Shown: one piece after another, positions 38,938-54,730 of the stretch
Layout of the letters: every line of letters begins with the position of its first letter
Position numbering within the stretch: the stretch's first letter is position 1
Origin: Auanema rhodensis
Taxonomy: Eukaryota; Animalia; Nematoda
Direction of reading: 5' to 3'
Assembly: GCA_964057225.1 (NCBI GenBank)
Contig: CAXKVF010000100.1
Coordinates: 14,361-78,360, forward strand
DNA: 64,000 bases
Made by a program: the position numbers and the translations under genes
Notes under the pieces: model-generated
Database searches by the model: none
Told to the model about the DNA's origin: nothing
Seen by the model: the letters and a program-made list of their open reading frames with translations, nothing else

Positions 38938-41900
38938 TAATTAAATGTACACGTGATGTGCACTTGGTATGTAACTCGCTTCACGTGAAAGATAAAGAGA
39001 TGCGGTTTTCAAAATTAGATTCCCCATGTCCATATTAGTCTAAAAACAAATTTTTATTGATATTGGTGCATGGTAACCATGACTTTGAAATTTACGTGAA
39101 CTTTAATTTATGCTAATTAAATGTACACGTGATGTGCACTTGGTATGTAACTCGCTTCACGTGAAAGATAAAGAGATGCGAATTTCAAAATTAGATTCCC
39201 CATGTCCATATTAGTCTAAAAACAAATTTTTATTGATATTGGTTCATGGTAACCATGACTTTGAAATTTACGTGAACTTTAATTTATGCTAATTAAATGT
39301 ACACGTGATGTGCACTTGGTATGTAACTCGCTTCACGTGAAAGATAAAGAGATGCGGTTTTCAAAATTAGATTCCCCATGTCCATATTAGTCTAAAAACA
39401 AATTTTTATTGATATTGGTGCATGGTAACCATGACTTTGAAATTTACGTGAACTTTAATTTATGCTAATTAAATGTACACGTGATGTGCACTTGGTGTGT
39501 AACTCGCTTCACGTGAAAGATAAAGAGATGCGGTTCTCAAAATTAGATTCCCCATGTCCATATTAGTCTAAAAACAAATTTTTATTAATATTGGTGCATG
39601 GTAACCATGACTTTGAAATTTACGTGAACTTTAATTTATGCTAATTAAATGTACACGTGATGTGCACTTGGTATGTAACTCGCTTCACGTGAAAGATAAA
39701 GAGATGCGGTTTTCAAAATTAGATTCCCCATGTCCATATTAGTCTAAAAACAAATTTTTATTGATATTGGTTCATGGTAACCATGACTTTGAAATTTACG
39801 TGAACTTTAATTTATGCTAATTAAATGTACACGTGATGTGCACTTGGTATGTAAATCGCTTCACGTGAAAGATAAAGAGATGCGGTTTTCCAAATTAGAT
39901 TCCCCATGTCCATATTAGTCTAAAAACAAATTTTTATTGATATTGCTTCATGGTAACCATGACTTTGAAATTTACGTGAACTTTAATTTATGCTAATTAA
40001 ATGTACACGTGATGTGCACTTGGTATGTAACTCGCTTCACGTGAAAGATAAAAAGATGCGGTTTTCAAAATTAGATTCCCCATGTCCATATTAGTCTAAA
40101 AACAAATTTTTATTGATATTGGTGCATGGTAACCATGACTTTGAATTTTACGTGAACTTTAATTTATGCTAATTAAATGTACACGTGATGTGCACTTGGT
40201 ATGTAACTCGCTTCACGTGAAAGATAAAGAGATGCGGTTTTCAAAATTAGATTCCCCATGTCCATATTAGTCTAAAAACAAATTTTTATTAATATTGGTG
40301 CATGGTAACCATGACTTTGAAATTTACGTGAACTTTAATTTATGCTAATTAAATGTACACGTGATGTGCACTTGGTATGTAACTCGCTTCACGTGAAAGA
40401 TAAAGAGATGCGGTTTTCAAAATTAGATTCCCCATGTCCATATTAGTCTAAAAACAAATTTTTATTAATATTGGTGCATGGTAACCATGACTTTGAAATT
40501 TACGTGAACTTTAATTTATGCTAATTAAATGTACACGTGATGTGCACTTGGTATGTAACTCGCTTCACGTGAAAGATAAAGAGATGCGGTTTTCAAAATT
40601 AGATTCCCCATGTCCATATTAGTCTAAAAACAAATTTTTATTGATATTGGTTCATGGTAACCATGACTTTGAAATTTACGTGAACTTTAATTTATGCTAA
40701 TTAAATGTACACGTGATGTGCACTTGGTATGTAACTCGCTTCACGTGAAAGATAAAGAGATGCGGTTTTCAAAATTAGATTCCCCATGTCCATATTAGTC
40801 TAAAAACAAATTTTTATTGATATTGGTTCATGGTAACCATGACTTTGAAATTTACGTGAACTTTAATTTATGCTAATTAAATGTACACGTGATGTGCACT
40901 TGGTATGTAACTCGCTTCACGTGAAAGATAAAGAGATGCGGTTTTCAAAATTAGATTCCCCATGTCCATATTAGTCTAAAAACAAATTTTTATTGATATT
41001 GGTTCATGGTAACCATGACTTTGAAATTTACGTGAACTTTAATTTATGCTAATTAAATGTACACGTGATGTGCACTTGGTATGTAACTCGCTTCACGTGA
41101 AAGATAAAGAGATGCGGTTTTCAAAATTAGATTCCCCATGTCCATATTAGTCTAAAAACAAATTTTTATTGATATTGGTTCATGGTAACCATGACTTTGA
41201 AATTTACGTGAACTTTAATTTATGCTAATTAAATGTACACGTGATGTGCACTTGGTATGTAACTCGCTTCACGTGAAAGATAAAGAGATGCGGTTTTCAA
41301 AATTAGATTCCCCATGTCCATATAAGTCTAAAAACAAATTTTTATTGATATTGGTTCATGGTAACCATGACTTTGAAATTTACGTGAACTTTAATTTATG
41401 CTAATTAAATGTACACGTGATGTGCACTTGGTATGTAACTCGCTTCACGTGAAAGATAAAGAGATGCGGTTTTCAAAATTAGATTCCCCATGTCCATATT
41501 AGTCTAAAAACAAATTTTTATTGATATTGGTTCATGGTAACCATGACTTTGAAATTTACGTGAACTTTAATTTATGCTAATTAAATGTACACGTGATGTG
41601 CACTTGGTATGTAACTCGCTTCACGTGAAAGATAAAGAGATGCGGTTTTCAAAATTAGATTCCCCATGTCCATATTAGTCTAAAAACAAATTTTTATTGA
41701 TATTGGTTCATGGTAACCATGACTTTGAAATTTACGTGAACTTTAATTTATGGTAATTAAATGTACACGTGATGTGCACTTGGTATGTAACTCGCTTCAC
41801 GTGAAAGATAAAGAGATGCGGTTTTCAAAATTAGATTCCCCATGTCCATATTAGTCTAAAAACAAATTTTTATTGATATTGGTGCATGGTAACCATGACT

Positions 41901-43641
41901 TTGAAATTTACGTGAACTTTAATTTATGCTAATTAAATGTACACGTGATGTGCACTTGGTATGTAACTCGCTTCACGTGAAAGATAAAGAGATGCGAATT
42001 TCAAAATTAGATTCCCCATGTCCATATTAGTCTAAAAACAAATTTTTATTGATATTGGTTCATGGTAACCATGACTTTGAAATTTACGTGAACTTTAATT
42101 TATGCTAATTAAATGTACACGTGATGTGCACTTGGTATGTAACTCGCTTCACGTGAAAGATAAAGAGATGCGGTTTTCAAAATTAGATTCCCCATGTCCA
42201 TATTAGTCTAAAAACAAATTTTTATTGATATTGGTGCATGGTAACCATGACTTTGAAATTTACGTGAACTTTAATTTATGCTAATTAAATGTACACGTGA
42301 TGTGCACTTGGTGTGTAACTCGCTTCACGTGAAAGATAAAGAGATGCGGTTCTCAAAATTAGATTCCCCATGTCCATATTAGTCTAAAAACAAATTTTTA
42401 TTAATATTGGTGCATGGTAACCATGACTTTGAAATTTACGTGAACTTTAATTTATGCTAATTAAATGTACACGTGATGTGCACTTGGTATGTAACTCGCT
42501 TCACGTGAAAGATAAAGAGATGCGGTTTTCAAAATTAGATTCCCCATGTCCATATTAGTCTAAAAACAAATTTTTATTGATATTGGTTCATGGTAACCAT
42601 GACTTTGAAATTTACGTGAACTTTAATTTATGCTAATTAAATGTACACGTGATGTGCACTTGGTATGTAAATCGCTTCACGTGAAAGATAAAGAGATGCG
42701 GTTTTCCAAATTAGATTCCCCATGTCCATATTAGTCTAAAAACAAATTTTTATTGATATTGCTTCATGGTAACCATGACTTTGAAATTTACGTGAACTTT
42801 AATTTATGCTAATTAAATGTACACGTGATGTGCACTTGGTATGTAACTCGCTTCACGTGAAAGATAAAAAGATGCGGTTTTCAAAATTAGATTCCCCATG
42901 TCCATATTAGTCTAAAAACAAATTTTTATTGATATTGGTGCATGGTAACCATGACTTTGAATTTTACGTGAACTTTAATTTATGCTAATTAAATGTACAC
43001 GTGATGTGCACTTGGTATGTAACTCGCTTCACGTGAAAGATAAAGAGATGCGGTTTTCAAAATTAGATTCCCCATGTCCATATTAGTCTAAAAACAAATT
43101 TTTATTAATATTGGTGCATGGTAACCATGACTTTGAAATTTACGTGAACTTTAATTTATGCTAATTAAATGTACACGTGATGTGCACTTGGTATGTAACT
43201 CGCTTCACGTGAAAGATAAAGAGATGCGGTTTTCAAAATTAGATTCCCCATGTCCATATTAGTCTAAAAACAAATTTTTATTAATATTGGTGCATGGTAA
43301 CCATGACTTTGAAATTTACGTGAACTTTAATTTATGCTAATTAAATGTACACGTGATGTGCACTTGGTATGTAACTCGCTTCACGTGAAAGATAAAGAGA
43401 TGCGGTTTTCAAAATTAGATTCCCCATGTCCATATTAGTCTAAAAACAAATTTTTATTGATATTGGTTCATGGTAACCATGACTTTGAAATTTACGTGAA
43501 CTTTAATTTATGCTAATTAAATGTACACGTGATGTGCACTTGGTATGTAACTCGCTTCACGTGAAAGATAAAGAGATGCGGTTTTCAAAATTAGATTCCC
43601 CATGTCCATATTAGTCTAAAAACAAATTTTTATTGATATTG
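38938..43641 (-). repeat. Block duplication, 16-monomer offset (about 38938..40825 vs 41754..43641)
   Basis: Rare variants at 39181/41997, 39497/42313, 39855/42671 and 40053/42869 all offset by 2816. Confidence 0.88.
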
Positions 43642-46600
43642 CTTCATGGTAACCATGACTTTGAATTTTACGTGAACTTTAATTTATGCTAATTAAATGT
43701 ACACGTGATGTGCACTTGGTATGTAACTCGCTTCACGTGAAAGATAAAGAGATGCGGTTTTCAAAATTAGATTCCCCATGTCCATATTAGTCTAAAAACA
43801 AATTTTTATTGATATTGGTTCATGGTAACCATGACTTTGAAATTTACGTGAACTTTAATTTATGCTAATTAAATGTACACGTGATGTGCACTTGGTATGT
43901 AACTCGCTTCACGTGAAAGATAAAGAGATGCGGTTTTCAAAATTAGATTCCCCATGTCCATATTAGTTTAAAAACAAATTTTTATTGATATTGGTTCATG
44001 GTAACCATGACTTTGAAATTTACGTGAACTTTAATTTATGCTAATTAAATGTACACGTGATGTGCACTTGGTATGTAACTCGCTTCACGTGAAAGATAAA
44101 GAGATGCGGTTTTCAAAATTAGATTCCCCATGTCCATATTAGTCTAAAAACAAATTTTTATTGATATTGCTTCATGGTAACCATGACTTTGAATTTTACG
44201 TGAACTTTAATTTATGCTAATTAAATGTACACGTGATGTGCACTTGGTATGTAACTCGCTTCACGTGAAAGATAAAGAGATGCGGTTTTCAAAATTAGAT
44301 TCCCCATGTCCATATTAGTCTAAAAACAAATTTTTATTGATATTGGTTCATGGTAACCATGACTTTGAAATTTACGTGAACTTTAATTTATGCTAATTAA
44401 ATGTACACGTGATGTGCACTTGGTATGTAACTCGCTTCACGTGAAAGATAAAGAGATGCGGTTTTCAAAATTAGATTCCCCATGTCCATATTAGTCTAAA
44501 AACAAATTTTTATTGATATTGGTTCATGGTAACCATGACTTTGAAATTTACGTGAACTTTAATTTATGCTAATTAAATGTACACGTGATGTGCACTTGGT
44601 ATGTAACTCGCTTCACGTGAAAGATAAAGAGATGCGGTTTTCAAAATTAGATTCCCCATGTCCATATTAGTCTAAAAACAAATTTTTATTGATATTGGTT
44701 CATGGTAACCATGACTTTGAAATTTACGTGAACTTTAATTTATGCTAATTAAATGTACACGTGATGTGCACTTGGTATGTAACTCGCTTCACGTGAAAGA
44801 TAAAGAGATGTGGTTTTCAAAATTAGATTCCCCATGTCCATATTAGTCTAAAAACAAATTTTTATTGATATTGGTTCATGGTAACCATGACTTTGAAATT
44901 TACGTGAACTTTAATTTATGCTAATTAAATGTACACGTGATGTGCACTTGGTATGTAACTCGCTTCACGTGAAAGATAAAGAGATGCGGTTTTCAAAATT
45001 AGATTCCCCATGTCCATATTAGTCTAAAAACAAATTTTTATTGATATTGGTGCATGGTAACCATGACTTTGAAATTTACGTGAACTTTAATTTATGCTAA
45101 TTAAATGTACACGTGATGTGCACTTGGTATGTAACTCGCTTCACGTGAAAGATAAAGAGATGCGGTTTTCAAAATTAGATTCCCCATGTCCATATTAGTC
45201 TAAAAACAAATTTTTATTGATATTGGTTCATGGTAACCATGACTTTGAAATTTACGTGAACTTTAATTTATGCTAATTAAATGTACACGTGATGTGCACT
45301 TGGTATGTAACTCGCTTCACGTGAAAGATAAAGAGATGCGGTTTTCAAAATTAGATTCCTCATGTCCATATTAGTCTAAAAACTAATTTTTATTGATATT
45401 GCTTCATGGTAACCATGACTTTGAAATTTACGTGAACTTTAATTTATGCTAATTAAATGTACACGTGATGTGCACTTGGTATGTAACTCGCTTCACGTGA
45501 AAGATAAAGAGATGCGGTTTTCAAAATTAGATTCCCCATGTCCATATTAGTCTAAAAACAAATTTTTATTGATATTGGTTCATGGTAACCATGACTTTGA
45601 AATTTACGTGAACTTTAATTTATGCTAATTAAATGTACACGTGATGTGCACTTGGTATGTAACTCGCTTCACGTGAAAGATAAAGAGATGCGGTTTTCAA
45701 AATTAGATTCCCCATGTCCATATTAGTCTAAAAACAAATTTTTATTGATATTGGTGCATGGTAACCATGACTTTGAAATTTACGTGAACTTTAATTTATG
45801 CTAATTAAATGTACACGTGATGTGCACTTGGTATGTAACTCGCTTCACGTGAAAGATAAAGAGATGCGGTTTTCAAAATTAGATTCCACATGTCCATATT
45901 AGTCTAAAAACAAATTTTTATTGATATTGGTGCATGGTAACCATGACTTTGAAATTTACGTGAACTTTAATTTATGCTAATTAAATGTACACGTGATGTG
46001 CACTTGGTATGTAACTCGCTTCACGTGAAAGATAAAGAGATGCGGTTTTCAAAATTAGATTCCTCATGTCCATATTAGTCTAAAAACAAATTTTTATTGA
46101 TATTGCTTCATGGTAACCATGACTTTGAAATTTACGTGAACTTTAATTTATGCTAATTAAATGTACACGTGATGTGCACTTGGTATGTAACTCGCTTCAC
46201 GTGAAAGATAAAGAGATGCGGTTTTCAAAATTAGATTCCCCATGTCCATATTAGTCTAAAAACAAATTTTTATTGATATTGGTTCATGGTAACCATGACT
46301 TTGAAATTTACGTGAACTTTAATTTATGCTAATTAAATGTACACGTGATGTGCACTTGGTATGTAACTCGCTTCACGTGAAAGATAAAGAGATGTGGTTT
46401 TCAAAATTAGATTCCCCATGTCCATATTAGTCTAAAAACAAATTTTTATTGATATTGGTTCATGGTAACCATGACTTTGAAATTTACGTGAACTTTAATT
46501 TATGCTAATTAAATGTACACGTGATGTGCACTTGGTATGTAACTCGCTTCACGTGAAAGATAAAGAGATGCGGTTTTCAAAATTAGATTCCACATGTCCA

Positions 46601-48297
46601 TATTAGTCTAAAAACAAATTTTTATTGATATTGGTGCATGGTAACCATGACTTTGAAATTTACGTGAACTTTAATTTATGCTAATTAAATGTACACGTGA
46701 TGTGCACTTGGTATGTAACTCGCTTCACGTGAAAGATAAAGAGATGCGGTTTTCAAAATTAGATTCCCCATGTCCATATTAGTCTAAAAACAAATTTTTA
46801 TTGATATTGGTTCATGGTAACCATGACTTTGAAATTTACGTGAACTTTAATTTATGCTAATTAAATGTACACGTGATGTGCACTTGGTATGTAACTCGCT
46901 TCACGTGAAAGATAAAGAGATGCGGTTTTCAAAATTAGATTCCCCATGTCCATATTAGTCTAAAAACAAATTTTTATTAATATTGGTGCATGGTAACCAT
47001 GACTTTGAAATTTACGTGAACTTTAATTTATGCTAATTAAATGTACACGTGATGTGCACTTGGTATGTAACTCGCTTCACGTGAAAGATAAAGAGATGCG
47101 GTTTTCAAAATTAGATTCCCCATGTCCATATTAGTCTAAAAACAAATTTTTATTGATATTGGTTCATGGTAACCATGACTTTGAAATTTACGTGAACTTT
47201 AATTTATGCTAATTAAATGTACACGTGATGTGCACTTGGTATGTAACTCGCTTCACGTGAAAGATAAAGAGATGCGGTTTTCAAAATTAGATTCCCCATG
47301 TCCATATTAGTCTAAAAACAAATTTTTATTGATATTGCTTCATGGTAACCATGACTTTGAAATTTACGTGAACTTTAATTTATGCTAATTAAATGTACAC
47401 GTGATGTGCACTTGGTATGTAACTCGCTTCACGTGAAAGATAAAGAGATGCGGTTTTCAAAATTAGATTCCCCATGTCCATATTAGTCTAAAAACAAATT
47501 TTTATTGATATTGGTTCATGGTAACCATGACTTTGAAATTTACGTGAACTTTAATTTATGCTAATTAAATGTACACGTGATGTGCACTTGGTATGTAACT
47601 CGCTTCACGTGAAAGATAAAGAGATGCGGTTTTCAAAATTAGATTCCCCATGTCCATATTAGTCTAAAAACAAATTTTTATTGATATTGCTTCATGGTAA
47701 CCATGACTTTGAAATTTACGTGAACTTTAATTTATGCTAATTAAATGTACACGTGATGTGCACTTGGTATGTAACTCGCTTCACGTGAAAGATAAAGAGA
47801 TGCGGTTTTCAAAATTAGATTCCCCATGTCCATATTAGTCTAAAAACAAATTTTTATTGATATTGGTTCATGGTAACCATGACTTTGAAATTTACGTGAA
47901 CTTTAATTTATGCTAATTAAATGTACACGTGATGTGCACTTGGTATGTAACTCGCTTCACGTGAAAGATAAAGAGATGCGGTTTTCGAAATTAGATTCCC
48001 CATGTCCATATTAGTCTAAAAACAAATTTTTATTAATATTGGTGCATGGTAACCATGACTTTGAAATTTACGTGAACTTTAATTTATGCTAATTAAATGT
48101 ACACGTGATGTGCACTTGGTATGTAACTCGCTTCACGTGAAAGATAAAGAGATGCGGTTTTCAAAATTAGATTCCCCATGTCCATATTAGTCTAAAAACA
48201 AATTTTTATTAATATTGGTGCATGGTAACCATGACTTTGAAATTTACGTGAACTTTAATTTATGCTAATTAAATGTACACGTGATGTGCACTTGGTT

Positions 48298-50859
48298 TGT
48301 AACTCGCTTCACGTGAAAGATAAAGAGATGCGGTTTTCAAAATTAGATTCCCCATGTCCATATTAGTCTAAAAACAAATTTTTATTGATATTGGTTCATG
48401 GTAACCATGACTTTGAAATTTACGTGAACTTTAATTTATGCTAATTAAATGTACACGTGATGTGCACTTGGTATGTAACTCGCTTCACGTGAAAGATAAA
48501 GAGATGCGGTTTTCAAAATTAGATTCCCCATGTCCATATTAGTCTAAAAACAAATTTTTATTGATATTGCTTCATGGTAACCATGACTTTGAAATTTACG
48601 TGAACTTTAATTTATGCTAATTAAATGTACACGTGATGTGCACTTGGTATGTAACTCGCTTCACGTGAAAGATAAAGAGATGCGGTTTTCAAAATTAGAT
48701 TCCCCATGTCCATATTAGTCTAAAAACAAATTTTTATTAATATTGGTGCATGGTAACCATGACTTTGAAATTTACGTGAACTTTAATTTATGCTAATTAA
48801 ATGTACACGTGATGTGCACTTGGTTTGTAACTCGCTTCACGTGAAAGATAAAGAGATGCGGTTTTCAAAATTAGATTCCCCATGTCCATATTAGTCTAAA
48901 AACAAATTTTTATTGATATTGGTTCATGGTAACCATGACTTTGAAATTTACGTGAACTTTAATTTATGCTAATTAAATGTACACGTGATGTGCACTTGGT
49001 ATGTAACTCGCTTCACGTGAAAGATAAAGAGATGCGGTTTTCAAAATTAGATTCCCCATGTCCATATTAGTCTAAAAACAAATTTTTATTGATATTGCTT
49101 CATGGTAACCATGACTTTGAAATTTACGTGAACTTTAATTTATGCTAATTAAATGTACACGTGATGTGCACTTGGTATGTAACTCGCTTCACGTGAAAGA
49201 TGAAGAGATGCGGTTTTCAAAATTAGATTCCCCATGTCCATATTAGTCTAAAAACAAATTTTTATTGATATTGGTGCATGGTAACCATGACTTTGAAATT
49301 TACGTGAACTTTAATTTATGCTAATTAAATGTACACGTGATGTGCACTTGGTATGTAACTCGCTTCACGTGAAAGATAAAGAGATGCGGTTTTCAAAATT
49401 AGATTCCCCATGTCCATATTAGTCTAAAAACAAATTTTTATTGATATTGGTTCATGGTAACCATGACTTTGAAATTTACGTGAACTTTAATTTATGCTAA
49501 TTAAATGTACACGTGATGTGCACTTGGTATGTAACTCGCTTCACGTGAAAGATAAAGAGATGCGGTTTTCAAAATTAGATTCCCCATGTCCATATTAGTC
49601 TAAAAACAAATTTTTATTGATATTGGTTCATGGTAACCATGACTTTGAAATTTACGTGAACTTTAATTTATGCTAATTAAATGTACACGTGATGTGCACT
49701 TGGTATGTAACTCGCTTCACGTGAAAGATAAAGAGATGCGGTTTTCAAAATTAGATTCCCCATGTCCATATTAGTCTAAAAACAAATTTTTATTGATATT
49801 GCTTCATGGTAACCATGACTTTGAAATTTACGTGAACTTTAATTTATGCTAATTAAATGTACACGTGATGTGCACTTGGTATGTAACTCGCTTCACGTGA
49901 AAGATAAAGAGATGCGGTTTTCAAAATTAGATTCCCCATGTCCATATTAGTCTAAAAACAAATTTTTATTAATATTGGTGCATGGTAACCATGACTTTGA
50001 AATTTACGTGAACTTTAATTTATGCTAATTAAATGTACACGTGATGTGCACTTGGTTTGTAACTCGCTTCACGTGAAAGATAAAGAGATGCGGTTTTCAA
50101 AATTAGATTCCCCATGTCCATATTAGTCTAAAAACAAATTTTTATTGATATTGGTTCATGGTAACCATGACTTTGAAATTTACGTGAACTTTAATTTATG
50201 CTAATTAAATGTACACGTGATGTGCACTTGGTATGTAACTCGCTTCACGTGAAAGATAAAGAGATGCGGTTTTCAAAATTAGATTCCCCATGTCCATATT
50301 AGTCTAAAAACAAATTTTTATTGATATTGCTTCATGGTAACCATGACTTTGAAATTTACGTGAACTTTAATTTATGCTAATTAAATGTACACGTGATGTG
50401 CACTTGGTATGTAACTCGCTTCACGTGAAAGATGAAGAGATGCGGTTTTCAAAATTAGATTCCCCATGTCCATATTAGTCTAAAAACAAATTTTTATTGA
50501 TATTGGTGCATGGTAACCATGACTTTGAAATTTACGTGAACTTTAATTTATGCTAATTAAATGTACACGTGATGTGCACTTGGTATGTAACTCGCTTCAC
50601 GTGAAAGATAAAGAGATGCGGTTTTCAAAATTAGATTCCCCATGTCCATATTAGTCTAAAAACAAATTTTTATTGATATTGGTTCATGGTAACCATGACT
50701 TTGAAATTTACGTGAACTTTAATTTATGCTAATTAAATGTACACGTGATGTGCACTTGGTATGTAACTCGCTTCACGTGAAAGATAAAGAGATGCGGTTT
50801 TCAAAATTAGATTCCCCATGTCCATATTAGTCTAAAAACAAATTTTTATTGATATTGGT
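48298..50859 (-). repeat. 7-monomer (1232-bp) tandem higher-order duplication
   Basis: GGTTTGT at 48825/50057 and GATGAAG at 49202/50434, offset 1232, with matching allele order. Confidence 0.8.
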
Positions 50860-53800
50860 GCATGGTAACCATGACTTTGAAATTTACGTGAACTTTAATT
50901 TATGCTAATTAAATGTACACGTGATGTGCACTTGGTATGTAACTCGCTTCACGTGAAAGATAAAGAGATGCGGTTTTCAAAATTAGATTCCCCATGTCCA
51001 TATTAGTCTAAAAACAAATTTTTATTGATATTGGTTCATGGTAACCATGACTTTGAAATTTACGTGAACTTTAATTTATGCTAATTAAATGTACACGTGA
51101 TGTGCACTTGGTATGTAACTCGCTTCACGTGAAAGATAAAGAGATGCGGTTTTCAAAATTAGATTCCCCATGTCCATATTAGTCTAAAAACAAATTTTTA
51201 TTGATATTGGTTCATGGTAACCATGACTTTGAAATTTACGTGAACTTTAATTTATGCTAATTAAATGTACACGTGATGTGCACTTGGTATGTAACTCGCT
51301 TCACGTGAAAGATGAAGAGATGCGGTTTTCAAAATTAGATTCCCCATGTCCATATTAGTCTAAAAACAAATTTTTATTGATATTGGTTCATGGTAACCAT
51401 GACTTTGAAATTTACGTGAACTTTAATTTATGCTAATTAAATGTACACGTGATGTGCACTTGGTATGTAACTCGCTTCACGTGAAAGATAAAGAGATGCG
51501 GTTTTCAAAATTAGATTCCCCATGTCCATATTAGTCTAAAAACAAATTTTTATTGATATTGGTTCATGGTAACCATGACTTTGAAATTTACGTGAACTTT
51601 AATTTATGCTAATTAAATGTACACGTGATGTGCACTTGGTATGTAACTCGCTTCACGTGAAAGATAAAGAGATGCGGTTTTCAAATTAGATTCCCCATGT
51701 CCATATTAGTCTAAAAACAAATTTTTATTGATATTGGTGCATGATAACCATGACTTTGAATTTTACGTGAACTTTAATTTATGCTAATTAAATGTACACG
51801 TGATGTGCACTTGGTATGTAACTCGCTTCACGTGAAAGATAAAGAGATGCGGTTTTCAAAATTAGATTCCCCATGTCCATATTAGTCTAAAAACAAATTT
51901 TTATTGATATTGGTTCATGGTAACCATGACTTTGAAATTTACGTGAACTTTAATTTATGCTAATTAAATGTACACGTGATGTGCACTTGGTATGTAACTC
52001 GCTTCACGTGAAAGATAAAGAGATGCGGTTTTCAAAATTAGATTCCCCATGTCCATATTAGTCTAAAAACAAATTTTTATTAATATTGGTGCATGGTAAC
52101 CATGACTTTGAAATTTACGTGAACTTTAATTTATGCTAATTAAATGTACACGTGATGTGCACTTGGTATGTAACTCGCTTCACGTGAAAGATAAAGAGAT
52201 GCGGTTTTCAAAATTAGATTCCCCATGTCCATATTAGTCTAAAAACAAATTTTTATTGATATTGGTTCATGGTAACCATGACTTTGAAATTTACGTGAAC
52301 TTTAATTTATGCTAATTAAATGTACACGTGATGTGCACTTGGTATGTAACTCGCTTCACGTGAAAGATAAAGAGATGCGGTTTTCAAAATTAGATTCCCC
52401 ATGTCCATATTAGTCTAAAAACAAATTTTTATTGATATTGGTTCATGGTAACCATGACTTTGAAATTTACGTGAACTTTAATTTATGCTAATTAAATGTA
52501 CACGTGATGTGCACTTGGTATGTAACTCGCTTCACGTGAAAGATAAAGAGATGCGGTTTTCAAAATTAGATTCCCCATGTCCATATTAGTCTAAAAACAA
52601 ATTTTTATTGATATTGGTTCATGGTAACCAGGACTTTGAAATTTACGTGAACTTTAATTTATGCTAATTAAATGTACACGTGATGTGCACTTGGTATGTA
52701 ACTCGCTTCACGTGAAAGATAAAGAGATGTGGTTTTCAAAATTAGATTCCCCATGTCCATATTAGTCTAAAAACAAATTTTTATTGATATTGGTTCATGG
52801 TAACCATGACTTTGAAATTTACGTGAACTTTAATTTATGCTAATTAAATGTACACGTGATGTGCACTTGGTATGTAACTCGCTTCACGTGAAAGATAAAG
52901 AGATGCGGTTTTCAAAATTAGATTCCCCATGTCCATATTAGTCTAAAAACAAATTTTTATTGATATTGGTTCATGGTAACCATGACTTTGAAATTTACGT
53001 GAACTTTAATTTATGCTAATTAAATGTACACGTGATGTGCACTTGGTATGTAACTCGCTTCACGTGAAAGATAAAGAGATGCGGTTTTCAAAATTAGATT
53101 CCTCATGTCCATATTAGTCTAAAAACTAATTTTTATTGATATTGCTTCATGGTAACCATGACTTTGAAATTTACGTGAACTTTAATTTATGCTAATTAAA
53201 TGTACACGTGATGTGCACTTGGTATGTAACTCGCTTCACGTGAAAGATAAAGAGATGCGGTTTTCAAAATTAGATTCCCCATGTCCATATTAGTCTAAAA
53301 ACAAATTTTTATTAATATTGGTGCATGGTAACCATGACTTTGAAATTTACGTGAACTTTAATTTATGCTAATTAAATGTACACGTGATGTGCACTTGGTA
53401 TGTAACTCGCTTCACGTGAAAGATAAAGAGATGCGGTTTTCAAAATTAGATTCCCCATGTCCATATTAGTCTAAAAACAAATTTTTATTGATATTGGTTC
53501 ATGGTAACCATGACTTTGAAATTTACGTGAACTTTAATTTATGCTAATTAAATGTACACGTGATGTGCACTTGGTATGTAACTCGCTTCACGTGAAAGAT
53601 AAAGAGATGCGGTTTTCAAAATTAGATTCCCCATGTCCATATTAGTCTAAAAACAAATTTTTATTGATATTGGTTCATGGTAACCATGACTTTGAAATTT
53701 ACGTGAACTTTAATTTATGCTAATTAAATGTACACGTGATGTGCACTTGGTATGTAACTCGCTTCACGTGAAAGATAAAGAGATGCGGTTTTCAAAATTA

Positions 53801-54730
53801 GATTCCCCATGTCCATATTAGTCTAAAAACAAATTTTTATTAATATTGGTGCATGGTAACCATGACTTTGAAATTTACGTGAACTTTAATTTATGCTAAT
53901 TAAATGTACACGTGATGTGCACTTGGTATGTAACTCGCTTCACGTGAAAGATAAAGAGATGCGGTTTTCAAAATTAGATTCCCCATGTCCATATTAGTCT
54001 AAAAACAAATTTTTATTAATATTGGTGCATGGTAACCATGACTTTGAAATTTACGTGAACTTTAATTTATGCTAATTAAATGTACACGTGATGTGCACTT
54101 GGTTTGTAACTCGCTTCACGTGAAAGATAAAGAGATGCGGTTTTCAAAATTAGATTCCCCATGTCCATATTAGTCTAAAAACAAATTTTTATTGATATTG
54201 GTTCATGGTAACCATGACTTTGAAATTTACGTGAACTTTAATTTATGCTAATTAAATGTACACGTGATGTGCACTTGGTATGTAACTCGCTTCACGTGAA
54301 AGATAAAGAGATGCGGTTTTCAAAATTAGATTCCCCATGTCCATATTAGTCTAAAAACAAATTTTTATTGATATTGCTTCATGGTAACCATGACTTTGAA
54401 ATTTACGTGAACTTTAATTTATGCTAATTAAATGTACACGTGATGTGCACTTGGTATGTAACTCGCTTCACGTGAAAGATAAAGAGATGCGGTTTTCAAA
54501 ATTAGATTCCCCATGTCCATATTAGTCTAAAAACAAATTTTTATTGATATTGGTGCATGGTAACCATGACTTTGAAATTTACGTGAACTTTAATTTATGC
54601 TAATTAAATGTACACGTGATGTGCACTTGGTATGTAACTCGCTTCACGTGAAAGATAAAGAGATGCGGTTTTCAAAATTAGATTCCCCATGTCCATATTA
54701 GTCTAAAAACAAATTTTTTATTGATATTGG

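Noticed and set aside
41222-41404. 60-aa ORF (plus strand) as a CDS
   Set aside because: Same satellite frame on the inverted arm with a different stop-loss substitution; not evidence of a gene.
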